The notes under the pieces were generated by a model. The model was not told the origin of the DNA. It did not search any database and saw only the letters and a list, made by a program, of their open reading frames with translations. Shown here piece by piece: positions 46,837-58,452 of a stretch of DNA of 64,000 nt. The stretch spans positions 118,385 through 182,384 of the forward strand of contig DCAE01000109.1 of the NCBI GenBank assembly GCA_002311385.1, in the 5' to 3' direction. Every line of letters starts with the position of its first letter. Positions within the stretch are counted from its first letter, which is position 1. Both the position numbers and the translations under genes were made by a program. The DNA comes from Dehalococcoidia bacterium UBA1141 (lineage in GTDB: Bacteria > Chloroflexota > Dehalococcoidia > Lucifugimonadales > UBA3495).

Positions 46837-48890
46837 ATGAGAGGTTACGTTAATCCCATGAGATTCAAGTTTCCGATACTCGCCCTATTGATGACACTGG
46901 CAGTAGGTATACTTGCCGCTTGCGGCGGCGATGCCACCGCCACGCCGACCACCGTTGAGGTGGAAAAAATCGTAGAAGTTGAAAAGATTGTCGAGGTCGA
47001 AAAGATTGTAGAAGTAACGCCGACCCTCGTGAGTTGACCGTCTCAGTGGGTTCCGGCCGAGACACTGAGGTAGTTATAGCTTTCTTGCCTTCGATGCTCA
47101 GCGTTCGAGCCGGGGACACCGTTACTTGGAAGCTGAACGCAGATGAGATTCACACCGTTTCGTTCTTGAGCGGCGCACCAACACCGAGGTTTGAAAGGCC
47201 AATTCCGGATGCCGGACCCACTGACTTTATGCTAAACCCCCAGGCTGCGTTCCCCACACGGGCGCCCGGAGCCCCTGTGGAGACTTGCAGCGGCACCGGA
47301 TTCGCCAGCTCGGGCACGATGTCCGATGTTCCCCCGGCTCCGGGAGCACCACCCAACAATGAGTTTAGCCTAATATTTGACACCCCTGGAACCTACGATT
47401 TCGTTTGCATCATCCACCCGTTCCAGATCGGAACGATTGAAGTCTTGGCCTCAAACGCCCAAGACGTGCCTTCGCAGGCTGACATAGACGCCCAAGCAGA
47501 GGCGCAATTAGCGCCGTTACTTGTGGAGTTGGAGCAGATCAAGCAAAGCTCCCCGATCGCGGTCACCCAAGAGGCCGGTCCCAATGGCACTACTATATGG
47601 CACGAGCAAGCAGGAACTCGTGGCCTCAGCAATTTCACCGAAGTTTTCGAATTCTTGGCCAAGGACATCACAATTCAGGAAGGGGATACGGTAGTCTGGA
47701 CCTCACCCACCTTCCACACTGTGACATTCCATCCCGGACAGGACGCACCTGAGTTTGTGGTTCCAGAACCACAAGATGCCGGACCTCCATTGCTTAGGAT
47801 AAATCCGGCCGTGTTATTCCCGGTGAAGCCGGCCTCCGAATTTAATGGAACCGGATATTGGAACTCTGGCACCATCGGTCTGGCCGCACCTTTTGGCACA
47901 AACTTTAGCATGACGTTCAGTCAAACCGGGTCATTCGATTATATCTGCGCTCTGCACGTGTCGATGGGCATGGAAGGCTCAGTCACTGTGGTCGAGCGCC
48001 AAGCGCCCCACACAGCGTTGCTGGACGCGAATTTATTCGAATACCCCGAAGGTCTGGCTATTGACGGCGAAGGCAACATCTACGCTGGCATGGCTCCCGC
48101 CGGCGAGATTAAGAAAATCACCCCGTCTGGCGACGTAGCCACCTACGCCCAGTTGCCAGCTCCTGGAGCCGGTTTCTTGGTTGGCATGGACTTCGACGCC
48201 GCGGGCGACCTTTATGCCGCCATGTCTTCCTTCGACCCCGAGACCCATGGGATATGGAAGATTTCAGATGACGGCGCCACCACCGAGTTATTCGACAGCC
48301 TACCGGTAGCAGGATTCCCCAACGTTCTCGCATTTAATAGCGATGGCGAGATGTTCGTCACCGACACCATCGGTGGAGGTATATGGCAGGTAGATTCGCA
48401 AGGCAACGTCAGCACGTGGGCCATGGACGAATCCATGATTGGGGCCATTCCCCCAGGCCCGCTGGGTTTCCCCATAGGCGCAAATGGCCTAGCCTTTGAC
48501 GAAGGCAAGACATACGTTTACGTCAGTGTTACCGATAAGAGCCGCATCGTCCGCATTCTCGTAGAAGAGGACGGCTCCGCAGGCGATGTTGAGGTCTTCG
48601 TTGAGGACACGGCCAACCTGGGCGGCCCCGACGGCCTGACGTTTGGCCCATCTGGCACTCTATACGTCGCCCTCTTCGGAAGCGACGGGGTGGCGATGGT
48701 GTCCCCAAGTGGTGAAATCAGCCCAATCGTGTCCGGAGGACGACTACAGAATCCTTCTGACGTCAAGTTTGGCATTGGCGATGACAGTAACACGCTGTAT
48801 ATCGCCAACTTCGCAGCGGCCCGCCTACTCGGCTTGGTGCCCGGCACGCCCCTGCCCGGAGTGCTAATGACGCATATAGCCACTCCTTAG
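46837..48890 (+). CDS. lipoprotein with two cupredoxin-like domains and an SMP-30/strictosidine-synthase-like beta-propeller; signal peptide separated by a frameshift
   Basis: ORF 46837..47037 encodes a signal peptide plus lipobox (LAVGILAACGG) and (VEVEKI)n. It is offset by one nt from ORF 47034..48890. Type-1 Cu-like ligand patterns are CIIHPFQIG and CALHVSMGMEGS. The C-terminal half has propeller-like repeats. Confidence 0.65.
46954..47016 (+). repeat. 18-nt coding tandem repeat, 3.5 units (VEVEKI)
   Basis: GTTGAGGTGGAAAAAATC / GTAGAAGTTGAAAAGATT / GTCGAGGTCGAAAAGATT / GTAGAAGTA. The units differ at several codon positions, yet each full unit encodes the same hexapeptide VEVEKI. Confidence 0.9.
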
Positions 48891-48922
48891 GGTTCCACAA
48901 ATGGTTGTTAGATAGTCCCATA

Positions 48923-48965
48923 GGGCGGCCTCGTGAGCGTGCGAGGCCGCCCTACCCTTTTATTT
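48923..48965 (+). terminator. rho-independent terminator
   Basis: GGGCGGCCTCG - loop - CGAGGCCGCCC followed by TACCCTTTTATTT. Confidence 0.8.
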
Positions 48966-48990
48966 GAAACACGTGATAGAACAAAGCTTG

Positions 48991-51900
48991 ATGAAAGAAC
49001 GACAGCAACAAGCTCCGATGCAGACTGAGCAAAACATTACTCCATCGATCAAAACCATACGCTTCGCCCTTGGCGCTGCCGCTGTGGTCGTGTTTTTGGC
49101 CTTGGCTTTGCTGGCTACCTGCGGCGGAGATTCTCTTGATACAAACGCCGACTTACTTCCCACGCCGGCCAGCACGCTGACCGAGGCAACCATTACGCCT
49201 AGCGCCGAACCGACACCCCACCAGGTTAATACGCCGGGTCCAAGTGCTCATGAAGGCGACGAAGGACTGGTCTTGGGCCAAGAGACCGGCGAGAGCGTTT
49301 ACCAAGGCGCCAGTTGCCAGGCTGATGCGCCGGTCAGGAACTTCGACGTAGCGGCGATAAACATCGAGATTTCCCTAAACCGTTTCCTGGATTTCGACCC
49401 TATAGGCCGAATGTACGTCTTGGAACAGGACCTGCAGCGGGCAAGGGGAGAGGAAGCCCAAAACCGGACGGCCAGGCAAGACCAAGCGGAGCCTGCAGTA
49501 TCAGTTGGATTGCAGGGAGACGCCATCCAGCCATTGACTTTGCGGGTCAATCAAGGTGATTGCCTGAGGCTCACCCTTCGCAACGGATTGGAAGACGGAC
49601 AGGCTGCCAGTCTGCACCTCCACGGTTCTTCGCAGCACATGGCCGATAGTGGCGCTCCGGCAGTGGCGGCCAACACGGAGGCGGTGGCTCTTCCCGGCGC
49701 ATCGGTGACCTACGAATGGATGGTGGAAGACGACCAACAGGAGGGGACCCACTATTTTCATAGCCACGGCGATACGCGCGAGCAGACCAGCCATGGCTTG
49801 TTTGGGGCGGTAATCGTGGAACCCAAGGACTCTCTCCACTTGGATCCGCTGACCGGAGGAGAATTGAGAAGCGGCTGGTCAGCCGTGATTAGGGACAGCA
49901 CGGGTAGTGATTTCCGGGAGTTCGCAATCTACTACCATGAGATTGGCAACGAAGCCTTCACCATCCAGAACAAAGACGCATCCCGAGGGTTCGGCCTCCG
50001 CGGGCGTGCGGTTCCCTTCGTTGACGGCCTGACTGGCGCCTACAAACCCGGCGGCAGGGCCATGAACTATCGCAGCGAGCCCTTCCTCAACCGCATGGAA
50101 TTGCAGAAAGACACCGTGGGCAGCTTCGACCCTTCCCAGGCCTATATCTCCTACACATTTGGCGACCCGGCCACCCCCATAGCCAGAAGCTACTTGGGAG
50201 ACCCGGTAAAACAGCGGGTGATTCATGGCGGATCAGAGGTGTTTCATGTGCACCACGTCCACGGCGGAGCGATACGGTGGCGACGGCAACCCGGTGTTGA
50301 ACCGACCAACTTCGACACCGGCCTGAACAAGTTTCCGCCCCTGCTGCCTGAAGCAACAGCCCGGATAGACTCCCAAGCCGTGGGGCCAGCGGAAAATTAC
50401 GATGTGGAAAACGAGTGCGGCAGCGGCGGTTGTCAGCAGAGTGTGGGCGACTTCTTGGCCCATTGTCATGTGGCCCACCACTATGTTGCTGGAATGTGGA
50501 TGATTTGGCGAGTCCAGAACACATTGCAAGACGGCATCGTGTCCCAAGACGGTCTTCCTCCGTTGATCGAGTTGCCGGACCGAAACGGTCTGGTTGCGCC
50601 CGCTGTGACGTCGGACAAGCTGGCAGATTGGATCGAAGCTCAACTGCCTCCGCCAGGGAAACCTAAGGGCTACGACGCCTCTGTGTTGGACTGGGCAAAG
50701 GATGGTGACCTATATCTGAATGAACCGGATACGGAACTAGAGTGGGCCTATTTTAAGTCTCCCAACCCTGGACAGCGGCCCGCCTTGTACTTCCACCCGC
50801 TAACCGGCAAGCTGGCTTATCCATATCTAAGGCCCCATCTCGGCAAACGGCCCCCCTTTGCGCCCAACCACGGTCCGGCGCCATTCTTGGAACCCTTCCG
50901 CAATGGTACCGACCCACCGGAGCCGGGGCAGAACGGCCCGTGGAGTCTTTGCCCTTCGGGAACTAAACAAAAAGAATTCGCCATTCACGCAATCAACTTG
51001 CCCATCATTCTAAACCAGAGAGCCAACCTGGTGGACCCGGTGGGTCAACTCTACGTGCTCAAGGAGCAAGAAGCGGCGGTGCGGGCCAACAACCGGCTTA
51101 AGCAGCCCCTGGCAATCCGGGCCAACGCTGGCCAAGACTACGTGGATGTGGTTTTCAAGAGCGAGCTGGAAGACACGGGTGAGAACAATTTTTTCAGCAA
51201 GGTGAATATTCACATCCACTTTGTGCAGTTCGACATCCAGGGCAGCGACGGCGTGAACACCGGCTTCAATTACGAAACGTCGGTCCGCCCGTTCACCGTG
51301 GAGGGAGAGACCCTGTCCTCGCTAGTTCAGGCCGGAGAAGATACTTTGGCCCTGGGCAGTGCTGACCGGTTCCAACCTAGCGCATTGGTGGGTGTGGGTA
51401 TGGACCAAGACCGGACTTTTGAAGCCCGCCGGATTCGGGCCATTGAGAATAATTCGCTCACTTTTGAAGAACCCCTGAAGTTTGACCATGACCGGGGTGA
51501 GATTGTTAGCACCGAGTTTGTGTGGTACCGATGGTTCCCTGACGTCCAATTCGGCACTGCCTATTTCCACGACCACGTCGCAGGGCTGACGTCGTGGCGG
51601 CATGGCCTCTTCGGTGCGCTGATTGCCGAACCCCCGATGCTACCTATCACGACCCAAAGACCGGCGAGGAGTTGTCCAGCGAACCTTTGGTGGACATCCG
51701 GACCAATCAGCCCGTTTCCGTAGACCTGACGGGAAGCTTCCGGGAAGCGGTGCTGTTTATCCAAGACGACAACCCGTTGACCAATGTCGGCCTCTCCAGC
51801 GGCAGCGCCTACAACCTTCGGGTGGAGCCTATGGAGAGAAGAGGCGGCGTGCCTTCGGAGCTATTCAACAGCCGGGTCCACGGTGACCCGGAGACACCCA

Positions 51901-53308
51901 TCATCGAGGCGAATCTGGGTGACACAGTGGTCATCAGGGGCTTGGTTGCGGCGACCAATGACGTACACACTTTGCACTTGGATGGACATTGGTTTCGGAC
52001 AGAGACGTTCAGCGCCACTTCGCCTCCAACCAACAACGTCCATATCGGTATCTCGGAACGGTACGATCTGACGATAGCCGCTGCGGGCGGCCCTCAAAAC
52101 ATGCCTGGGGACTATCTCTACTACAGCGGGCGGTCTTTCAAGCTGGAAGAAGGGAGTTGGGGCATCTTGCGGGTGAATGGCCCCGATGCCGGGATCAGTC
52201 TCCAAAATCTGCCTGGCCGGGAAAACCTGATGGAACCCGCTGCATCAGTGTGTCCTGCGGACTCTCCAAGTAGAGAGTTCGCAGTATCTGCTGTGGAGAC
52301 TTCCCTTGATATGCTGGGCGGGGAAACAGGGAAAATCTATGTGTTAGACCACCAAAAAAACGCAATTACGTCGGGCGTGGCAGAGCCGGAGCCCCTAGTT
52401 CTGTCGGTAAACGTTGGAGACTGCGTGACAGTTAAACTAACCAACGGCACCCTGGCAGGGCCGGTATCCTTCCATGCCGACATGTTGGCCTACGACCCGG
52501 CAGACAGCATGGGCAAAACCTCGGATTTAACCAAGCGCCGGGCGCTGACCAAACCGTCCCTGTGGGTGAGTCCCGAATCTACACGTTCTACGCTCACCCG
52601 AAGGTTGGCGAGACCGTGGCATTGATACGGGACTGGGGAAACGTGCTGGAAAACCCAGGGTTGGGCCTATACGGGGCAATCATCGTTGGACCGCTCGGAG
52701 CTACTTACCCCGACCCCGTCACCGGGCAGGACGCATCGGCAGATTCCGGTTGGCGAGTGGACGTGCATCCGCTTTCCGGCGAGAGCTACCGGCGCTTCGC
52801 CCTGTTTTTCCAGGATGAAGACGAAGTAATAGGAACCCACATCATGCCCTACACCGAGGCGGTTGCATGGACCCTGGGCATCAACTACCGCACTGCGCCA
52901 CTAGCTACGCGGGTCGGCGCTGAATTCAGCCCATACCAGGTTTACGACAGCCGCCTGCACGGTGATCCGAAGACGCCGCTGTTGGAGGCATTTGCCGGGG
53001 ACCCGGTGAAGATACACGTTCTTGCGCCCTACAGTGAGCAGGCCCACGTGTTCACCGTTGAAGGACATCAGTGGCCCTTGGAACCGGGACTAAAGGGCAC
53101 GGACCTGTTGGATTCTATACAACTGGGCGGACTGGATGCCCTCACGCTGGTCTTGGATGGTGGGGCCGGAGGACGACACGCACTCCCCGGAGACTACGTA
53201 TACGGCGATCACCGGGAGGCCTACCGAGAGGGCGGGTTGTGGGGGCTATTCAGGGTATATCCTTCGGAGCAACAAGGGACAGGGCTCCGGCCATTTCCTG
53301 ACCGTTAA
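48991..53308 (+). pseudogene. giant multicopper oxidase lipoprotein (three tandem two-cupredoxin units, about 1439 aa) broken by two one-base frameshifts
   Basis: Track ORFs 48964..51723, 51594..52625 and 52562..53308 join seamlessly at 51631..51636 (...GLFGALIAEPP|DATYHDPKTGE...) and 52509..52516 (...DPADSMG|QNLGFNQAPG...). Lipobox LLATCGG. Cu-ligand patterns are HYFHSHG, HVHHVHGG and HCHVAHHYVAGMW. Three units each open with R/K-x-F-A/D-V/I..A. Confidence 0.75.
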
Positions 53309-53656
53309 CTTTTGGTCAGGCTTTCTCTGCCTTCTCCAACGGGCTTGGTCCGTTTGCGGGGTCACCAAGATTAGCTGCTAGCAGATTATTGGCCAACTCG
53401 CCGATAGCCCAGGCGCTTTTGGCGCTGTCACCAATGTGTCGCAGTTCGACGCCAGGCTGTTAAAATAGCTCTTGCCTGGGTATGCGCTCTAGGACCTCCG
53501 TTTACATGAGCGCTTCCAAGAGTTTTCCCTCGGCGAGTCTAATCCCCGCGTTGCCAATTTATATTTCCGGACTCGATTCTCGAAGAAAGGCCTCAGGATT
53601 AAAAGTTTCTGAAACAGCGATATTAGAGCCCGGTCAATGGCTAGCTCAGGGAAAAT

Positions 53657-55093
53657 ATGGACCAGCAAACCAACATTGAACCAGAACAAAAGCCGGAACA
53701 AGAACCAGAATCTCTACCAGAGTCTCTAGCGGAAGCTCAGACCTCGCCTCGCGAGGAACTTGTTCAAGCCATTGTTCTGAATATTCGCCAGCTTTTTGAA
53801 GAAGCCTCCAATGACCAGGTCTTGGCCCGTTTCCGCCAGGTGCACCCGGTTGACCAAGGCGAGGCGCTTACCAGTTTGTCCGAAGATATCCGGCGTCTCC
53901 TGTTGGAAAACCTCATCCCTGCCGAAACGGCCGATATCCTGGAAGAGCTTGAGCCTGAAGAGGCCGTGGAGGTCTTTCAAGGTCTTGGGAACCAAGAATT
54001 GGCGGGTATCCTGGATCAAACCAGCCGGGACGTATCGGCGGACATACTCCAGCTTCAGTCCCAAGAGAGACAGGAAGCGATATTAGCTATAATGACCGAT
54101 CCCCAGGAAGTGGTAACGCTACTCCAGTACCGGGAAGACAGCGCCGGCGGCTTGATGACCCTGGATTACCCAGTGGTCCGGGAAACCCTTTCCACTCCCA
54201 ATGCCATGGACCAATTGAGGCTGCTGGGGCCGGAAGCAGAGAACATCAACTCCATCTTGGTAGTGGACGACGGCAATCGTTTGGTGGGCACGCTCAGCAT
54301 AACCAGGCTGGCTCTAGCCCGCCCCACTGCGGTGATTGGCGACATAGCCGACCGGGACACCATCTCGGTGACTGCGGACACCGACCAGGAAGAGTGCGTG
54401 CGCTTAATGGAACGGTACAACCTGATTCAGCTCCCGGTTGTGGATAACGATGGCAAATTAACGGGGGTGATTCTGGCCGAGGACATGGTGGATGTGGTGG
54501 AAGAGGAAGCCACGGAAGACATGTACCGGATTGCCAGTGTTGCTGGCGAACGGGTCATGGGACCGCTGCGCAATTCACTGCGTCGGCGGCTGCCTTGGCT
54601 GTATATCAACCTGGGCACGGCTCTTTTCGCCGGTCTGATGATTAGCTTTTTCGAATCGACTATCACCAAGGTTGTAGCCTTGGCCATATTCCTGCCCGTG
54701 GTCGCCGGACAAGGTGGCATCGGCGGGACCCAAACAGTCACGCTGGTTGTTCGCAGCATGGCCTTGGGGGACGTTCCCAGGCACTTGGGTATCCGACTCT
54801 TGGTCCGGGAGATGTCACTGGGGCTGATTAACGGTGCTCTTTTGGGAGTGGTGGTAGGCCTGGTGGCCTACGCCTGGAAGGGAAATGGAACATTGGGGAT
54901 TGTCTTGGGCTTGGCGATGCTGGGCAATATGGTGGTGGCCGGTCTGGCAGGGGCAGGAGTGCCCTTGCTGTTGAGGCGCTTCGGCATGGACCCTGCCGTG
55001 TCTTCGGCGGTTTTCGTGACTACGTTTACTGACGTAATCGGCTTTCTGATGTTCCTGGGCTTGGCGGCGGCTTTTATCAACTACCTGGTATAA
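53657..55093 (+). CDS. mgtE: magnesium transporter MgtE
   Basis: MgtE N-domain, a CBS pair (...VVDDGNRLVGTLS..., ...VVDNDGKLTGVI...) and a five-TM C-terminal domain with ...FLPVVAGQGGIGGTQ.... Confidence 0.92.
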   Translation: MDQQTNIEPEQKPEQEPESLPESLAEAQTSPREELVQAIVLNIRQLFEEASNDQVLARFRQVHPVDQGEALTSLSEDIRRLLLENLIPAETADILEELEPEEAVEVFQGLGNQELAGILDQTSRDVSADILQLQSQERQEAILAIMTDPQEVVTLLQYREDSAGGLMTLDYPVVRETLSTPNAMDQLRLLGPEAENINSILVVDDGNRLVGTLSITRLALARPTAVIGDIADRDTISVTADTDQEECVRLMERYNLIQLPVVDNDGKLTGVILAEDMVDVVEEEATEDMYRIASVAGERVMGPLRNSLRRRLPWLYINLGTALFAGLMISFFESTITKVVALAIFLPVVAGQGGIGGTQTVTLVVRSMALGDVPRHLGIRLLVREMSLGLINGALLGVVVGLVAYAWKGNGTLGIVLGLAMLGNMVVAGLAGAGVPLLLRRFGMDPAVSSAVFVTTFTDVIGFLMFLGLAAAFINYLV

Positions 55094-55184
55094 ATCTTGC
55101 GTGAACGCCGCATTGACAACAATTCTTGCCGAAGAGCTTAATCAGCCAGGTGGACAGAAATTTTACTGAATCGAGAGGCGAAGT

Positions 55185-55883
55185 ATGGCGGGAGAATTAG
55201 CCTTGGTGGGTGGCGAAGAATTCCGGTCCGGCTGCGAAGAGATGGATATTGAAATCATGAAGGCATCGGGCCAAAGCCCGGCTCGAGTCTTGATAATCCC
55301 CACTGCCGCTGTAACCGGACCGGCCAAAGCAGCCAACGACGGCGTGGTCCATTTCGCCAAGCTGGGCGGCAAATCCAGTCAATTGATGGTGCTTGATCGT
55401 TCCCAGTCCGATGATGCCGCTTTTGTTCAGTCGAGTTTCGAACCGGGACAAGCTCCAGGTGTGGTCTACTTCACCGGCGGTAGCCCGGACCACCTACTGG
55501 AGACTTTGGCTGGCTCACAACTCTTGCGAAACATCATAGAAGCAGTTGCCGCAGGAGCCGTGCTGGCTGGCTCAAGCGCCGGAGCAATGGTCATGGGGTC
55601 GTTGATGCGGCGACCAAGAAGCGGGGGATGGATCGAAGCCTTGGGAATCGTGCCCGGCGTGGCTGTATTGCCCCATCACGAAGGGAGCGACCCTAAGGAG
55701 ACTTCCAAGCAGCTACAAGCCCAAGTGCCAGCAGATATCACGGTGTTGGGCATAGATGCTCGTAGCGGCTGCTTGGGGCGTCCGGGAAGCTGGCGGGCAG
55801 TAGGCTCAGGCAATGTCACGGTTTACCGGGGCACGGACTGGCAAGTATATAGCGCTGGCCAAAACCTTCCAGCAGAAATTTAA
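55185..55883 (+). CDS. peptidase S51 / cyanophycinase-like class I amidotransferase-fold protein
   Basis: ...VLIIPTAA..., VYFTGGSPDHLL and the nucleophile context LAGSSAGAMVMG. Confidence 0.65.
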   Translation: MAGELALVGGEEFRSGCEEMDIEIMKASGQSPARVLIIPTAAVTGPAKAANDGVVHFAKLGGKSSQLMVLDRSQSDDAAFVQSSFEPGQAPGVVYFTGGSPDHLLETLAGSQLLRNIIEAVAAGAVLAGSSAGAMVMGSLMRRPRSGGWIEALGIVPGVAVLPHHEGSDPKETSKQLQAQVPADITVLGIDARSGCLGRPGSWRAVGSGNVTVYRGTDWQVYSAGQNLPAEI

Positions 55884-56222
55884 ACTGCGAGGCAGGATAT
55901 AATCTCGTAGCTAAGGTGTAGCGTCGATAAATGGGACAACGCCCCCCAGCGTAGTCCGCCTTATGATTATCCTCAGAGTCCTGAGCAGCGCTACTCCACG
56001 CTATCCTCAGTTTGCCTCCTAGTCCTGTACTGACCACAGTACCGCCTCCTTGCTATTAACCCCAGGCAAATTGTGCCTGCTGCTCGATGGTTTTTCACAT
56101 TAGCCAACAGGTGCGAATTCTCTTGAACTTAAATCTCACCCACACTTAACTGTATATAGCCGCTTAATGGCTGTGCCTATCGGCCACAACAAGGTAAGCA
56201 TTTTGATGCGATTGGAGAGTAT

Positions 56223-58345
56223 TTGGTAAAGCGTCCCAAACGAGGCGTGATTCTATTTGGCTCAGCCAGTATATTTTCAGCCTTGGTACTAGTCGCGGTC
56301 GTAACATCTTTGATTCTGGCATCTAGGGTCAACGATACAATCTCTAACCTGGAACTACATTACGCTGCGATGGATTCAGGCACGACTGCTCCACCAGCAG
56401 AGTCCCATTCATTGCCTTCCCTGACTCGGCAAATTGGCAAACTTCGCCCCATAACCTACGGAATATTCGGTGGCTCATTGCTTACGCTTTTTGGCACCTT
56501 GTTGGTATTGGTTTGGATTGATCGTCAACGTCATGAACAAGCCAAGCAGGCTATCGCCAGCGCAAGTCTAGCCGAAGAGTTGAGGATTGCGGAGGAGTCC
56601 GCGAGGGAAAGGAATCAAGAACTGGCGCTGTTGTTTGACATCAGCGGCACATTTGCCGAAGGCGGCACCATTGAACAGATGTCCCAGAGGATTGTACAAA
56701 GGCTCAAGTTTTGCCCGGCGCCGACTGGGTCACCCTAAGGCTCCCTGATGAGAATGAGAATCTACTGCGGCTCGTGGCGGCTGCAGGGACAGTCACGGAA
56801 GACTTTCCGCCCTTGGTTTCTCTAAGTTCCCGGGAAACCCAGGCCAATCTGGCTTTTTCCAGCGGTCAGCCCGTAATAGTCAATGATTACCCCGCAGAGC
56901 CCAACGCCTCTCCAGCGATTGTTCAACTGGGAATGAAGTCTATGGCCCTGATCCCTATCATCGCGAGTGGCCGCACACTTGGGCTGGTAAATGTTATTTC
57001 CAGAGATGCTGGAAACTTTCCGCCGGAGCGGGTGCGAATATTCACGACCGTCGTGGATGGCATAGGGCCATTGTTTGAGATTGCGAGATTGGAAGGACAG
57101 AGGCGCTTGGAGCAAGAACAACTCCAAGAGACGATAAGGTTATCTTCGATTGGCGAGCTGGCGGCAGGAGTGGCCCACGAGCTCAATAACCCCCTTACCA
57201 GTGTACTGGGCTACTCGCAGATGTTGCTGGATTCGGAGATTCCAGAATCAGTGAAGAGCAGCCTGCGCATAGTGGTTTCCGAAGGCCAGCGGGCCGCCAA
57301 AGTGATTAAGAATTTTCAATCGTTTGCCCGAAGGTCTGGCCCAGAAAAAGCCTTTACAAGTGTGAATGCTGTCTTACAGATGGCAGTCGACTTAAAGCGG
57401 AATGACTTTGAACAATCCAATATAAAGTTATGTTGCGATTTCGACGAGGATGTTCCGAAAACGATGATAGACGAAAATCAGGTGATTCAGGTAATCATCA
57501 ATATCTTCACCAACGCCCAACAGTCATTGGAAGGATCGGGGCAACAATCAGAGGGAGAATCAGAAGGAGATCCAAGGGAACTGGGGCAAGTATGGATTAG
57601 TTCAACATCATCCCCCGGCAAGATCAGAATTTGCATCGAAGACAACGGAGTCGGAATCCCCAAAGATAAACTGGGCAAGGTATTCGAGCCTTTTTTCACC
57701 ACCAAAGAGGTCGGTTTTGGAACAGGTCTCGGTCTAAGTATCTGTTATGGGATTGTCAAGCAAAACGGTGGTGAACTCTGGGCAGACAGCATTGAGGGGC
57801 GCGGGGCAATCTTTCACATCGAATTCCCGATTTTGTCCGAGGAGGACAATGTCGGAAAGACCGAAGGCACATCAGAGACTAGCTAGCTCTATAGCTCCCT
57901 CAAACACGTTCTGGCCGTTGATGACGAGCCGGAGATTAGAGAACTGCTCCGCACTACTCTTGAGCAGGGTAGATTCTCTGTGGACCTGGCTGGAGACGAG
58001 GTGGAGGCCTGGCAAATGCTACAGAATATAACCTACGACTGCATTCTCCTCGACCTAAAGATGCCTAGGATGAACGGCCAAAAATTGTACCAACTGATTC
58101 AAGGGTCTTCTGAAGCCTTGGCAGACAAAGTCATCTTCATGTCAGGCGACACGGTAACTTCCACCACCTATGATTTCGTATCTTCAACCGGAAACCGCTT
58201 ACTGAATAAGCCCTTCCAGATAGCCGACCTTCGGACTCAAGTAGGACAACTAATTAAACAGTCAGGGGATCAATGCCGGACGGCAGATTCTGATTTAATT
58301 GAATCCGGCATAGTTGAATCAGGTATCGTGGCCCTTGAAATTTAG
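56223..58345 (+). pseudogene. membrane GAF-histidine kinase-receiver hybrid, disrupted by a frameshift and an in-frame TAG
   Basis: ORFs 56223..56738 and 56711..57886 are offset by one nt at a T4 run (56709..56712). The REC domain (HVLAVDDEPEIREL...DCILLDLKMP...NKPF) follows TAG 57884..57886 in the same frame, with no start codon before its acidic pocket. The intact paralog at 58453..60459 supplies the expected architecture. Confidence 0.75.
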
Positions 58346-58452
58346 CGTGCCGGACAGTCTTCTGTTTATAGCGGCTATAGAATGGGTTTCCCAGCTGGAT
58401 AGCGCCCAATAATCCAAAAATTCCATCCTTTGGCCCCAAAGCCGGAAAATGT

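Noticed and set aside
46954-47016. Short regularly spaced repeats considered as a CRISPR-like array
   Set aside because: The units are contiguous 18-nt in-frame coding repeats (VEVEKI) without spacers. No cas genes are present in the window.
51628-51640. Programmed -1 ribosomal frameshifting in the multicopper oxidase
   Set aside because: There is no X XXY YYZ slippery heptamer (the sequence is GAA CCC CCG AT) and no obvious downstream pseudoknot. Four other genes show the same one-base-deletion pattern at homopolymers, so error or mutation is the simpler explanation.
53309-53656. M-box (Mg riboswitch) upstream of mgtE
   Set aside because: The location is right, but none of the conserved M-box segments I remember (GUUAGGUGAGGCU, GCUAAUGGGUCAAC-like) is present. 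A covariance-model scan is needed to be sure.
57878-57892. ACTAGCTAGCTCTATAGCT around the kinase TAG as an engineered stop-linker or cloning scar
   Set aside because: It is a single short palindromic stretch with no vector-like flanks. The surrounding sequence is contiguous with the paralog-like linker region, so a natural origin is more likely.
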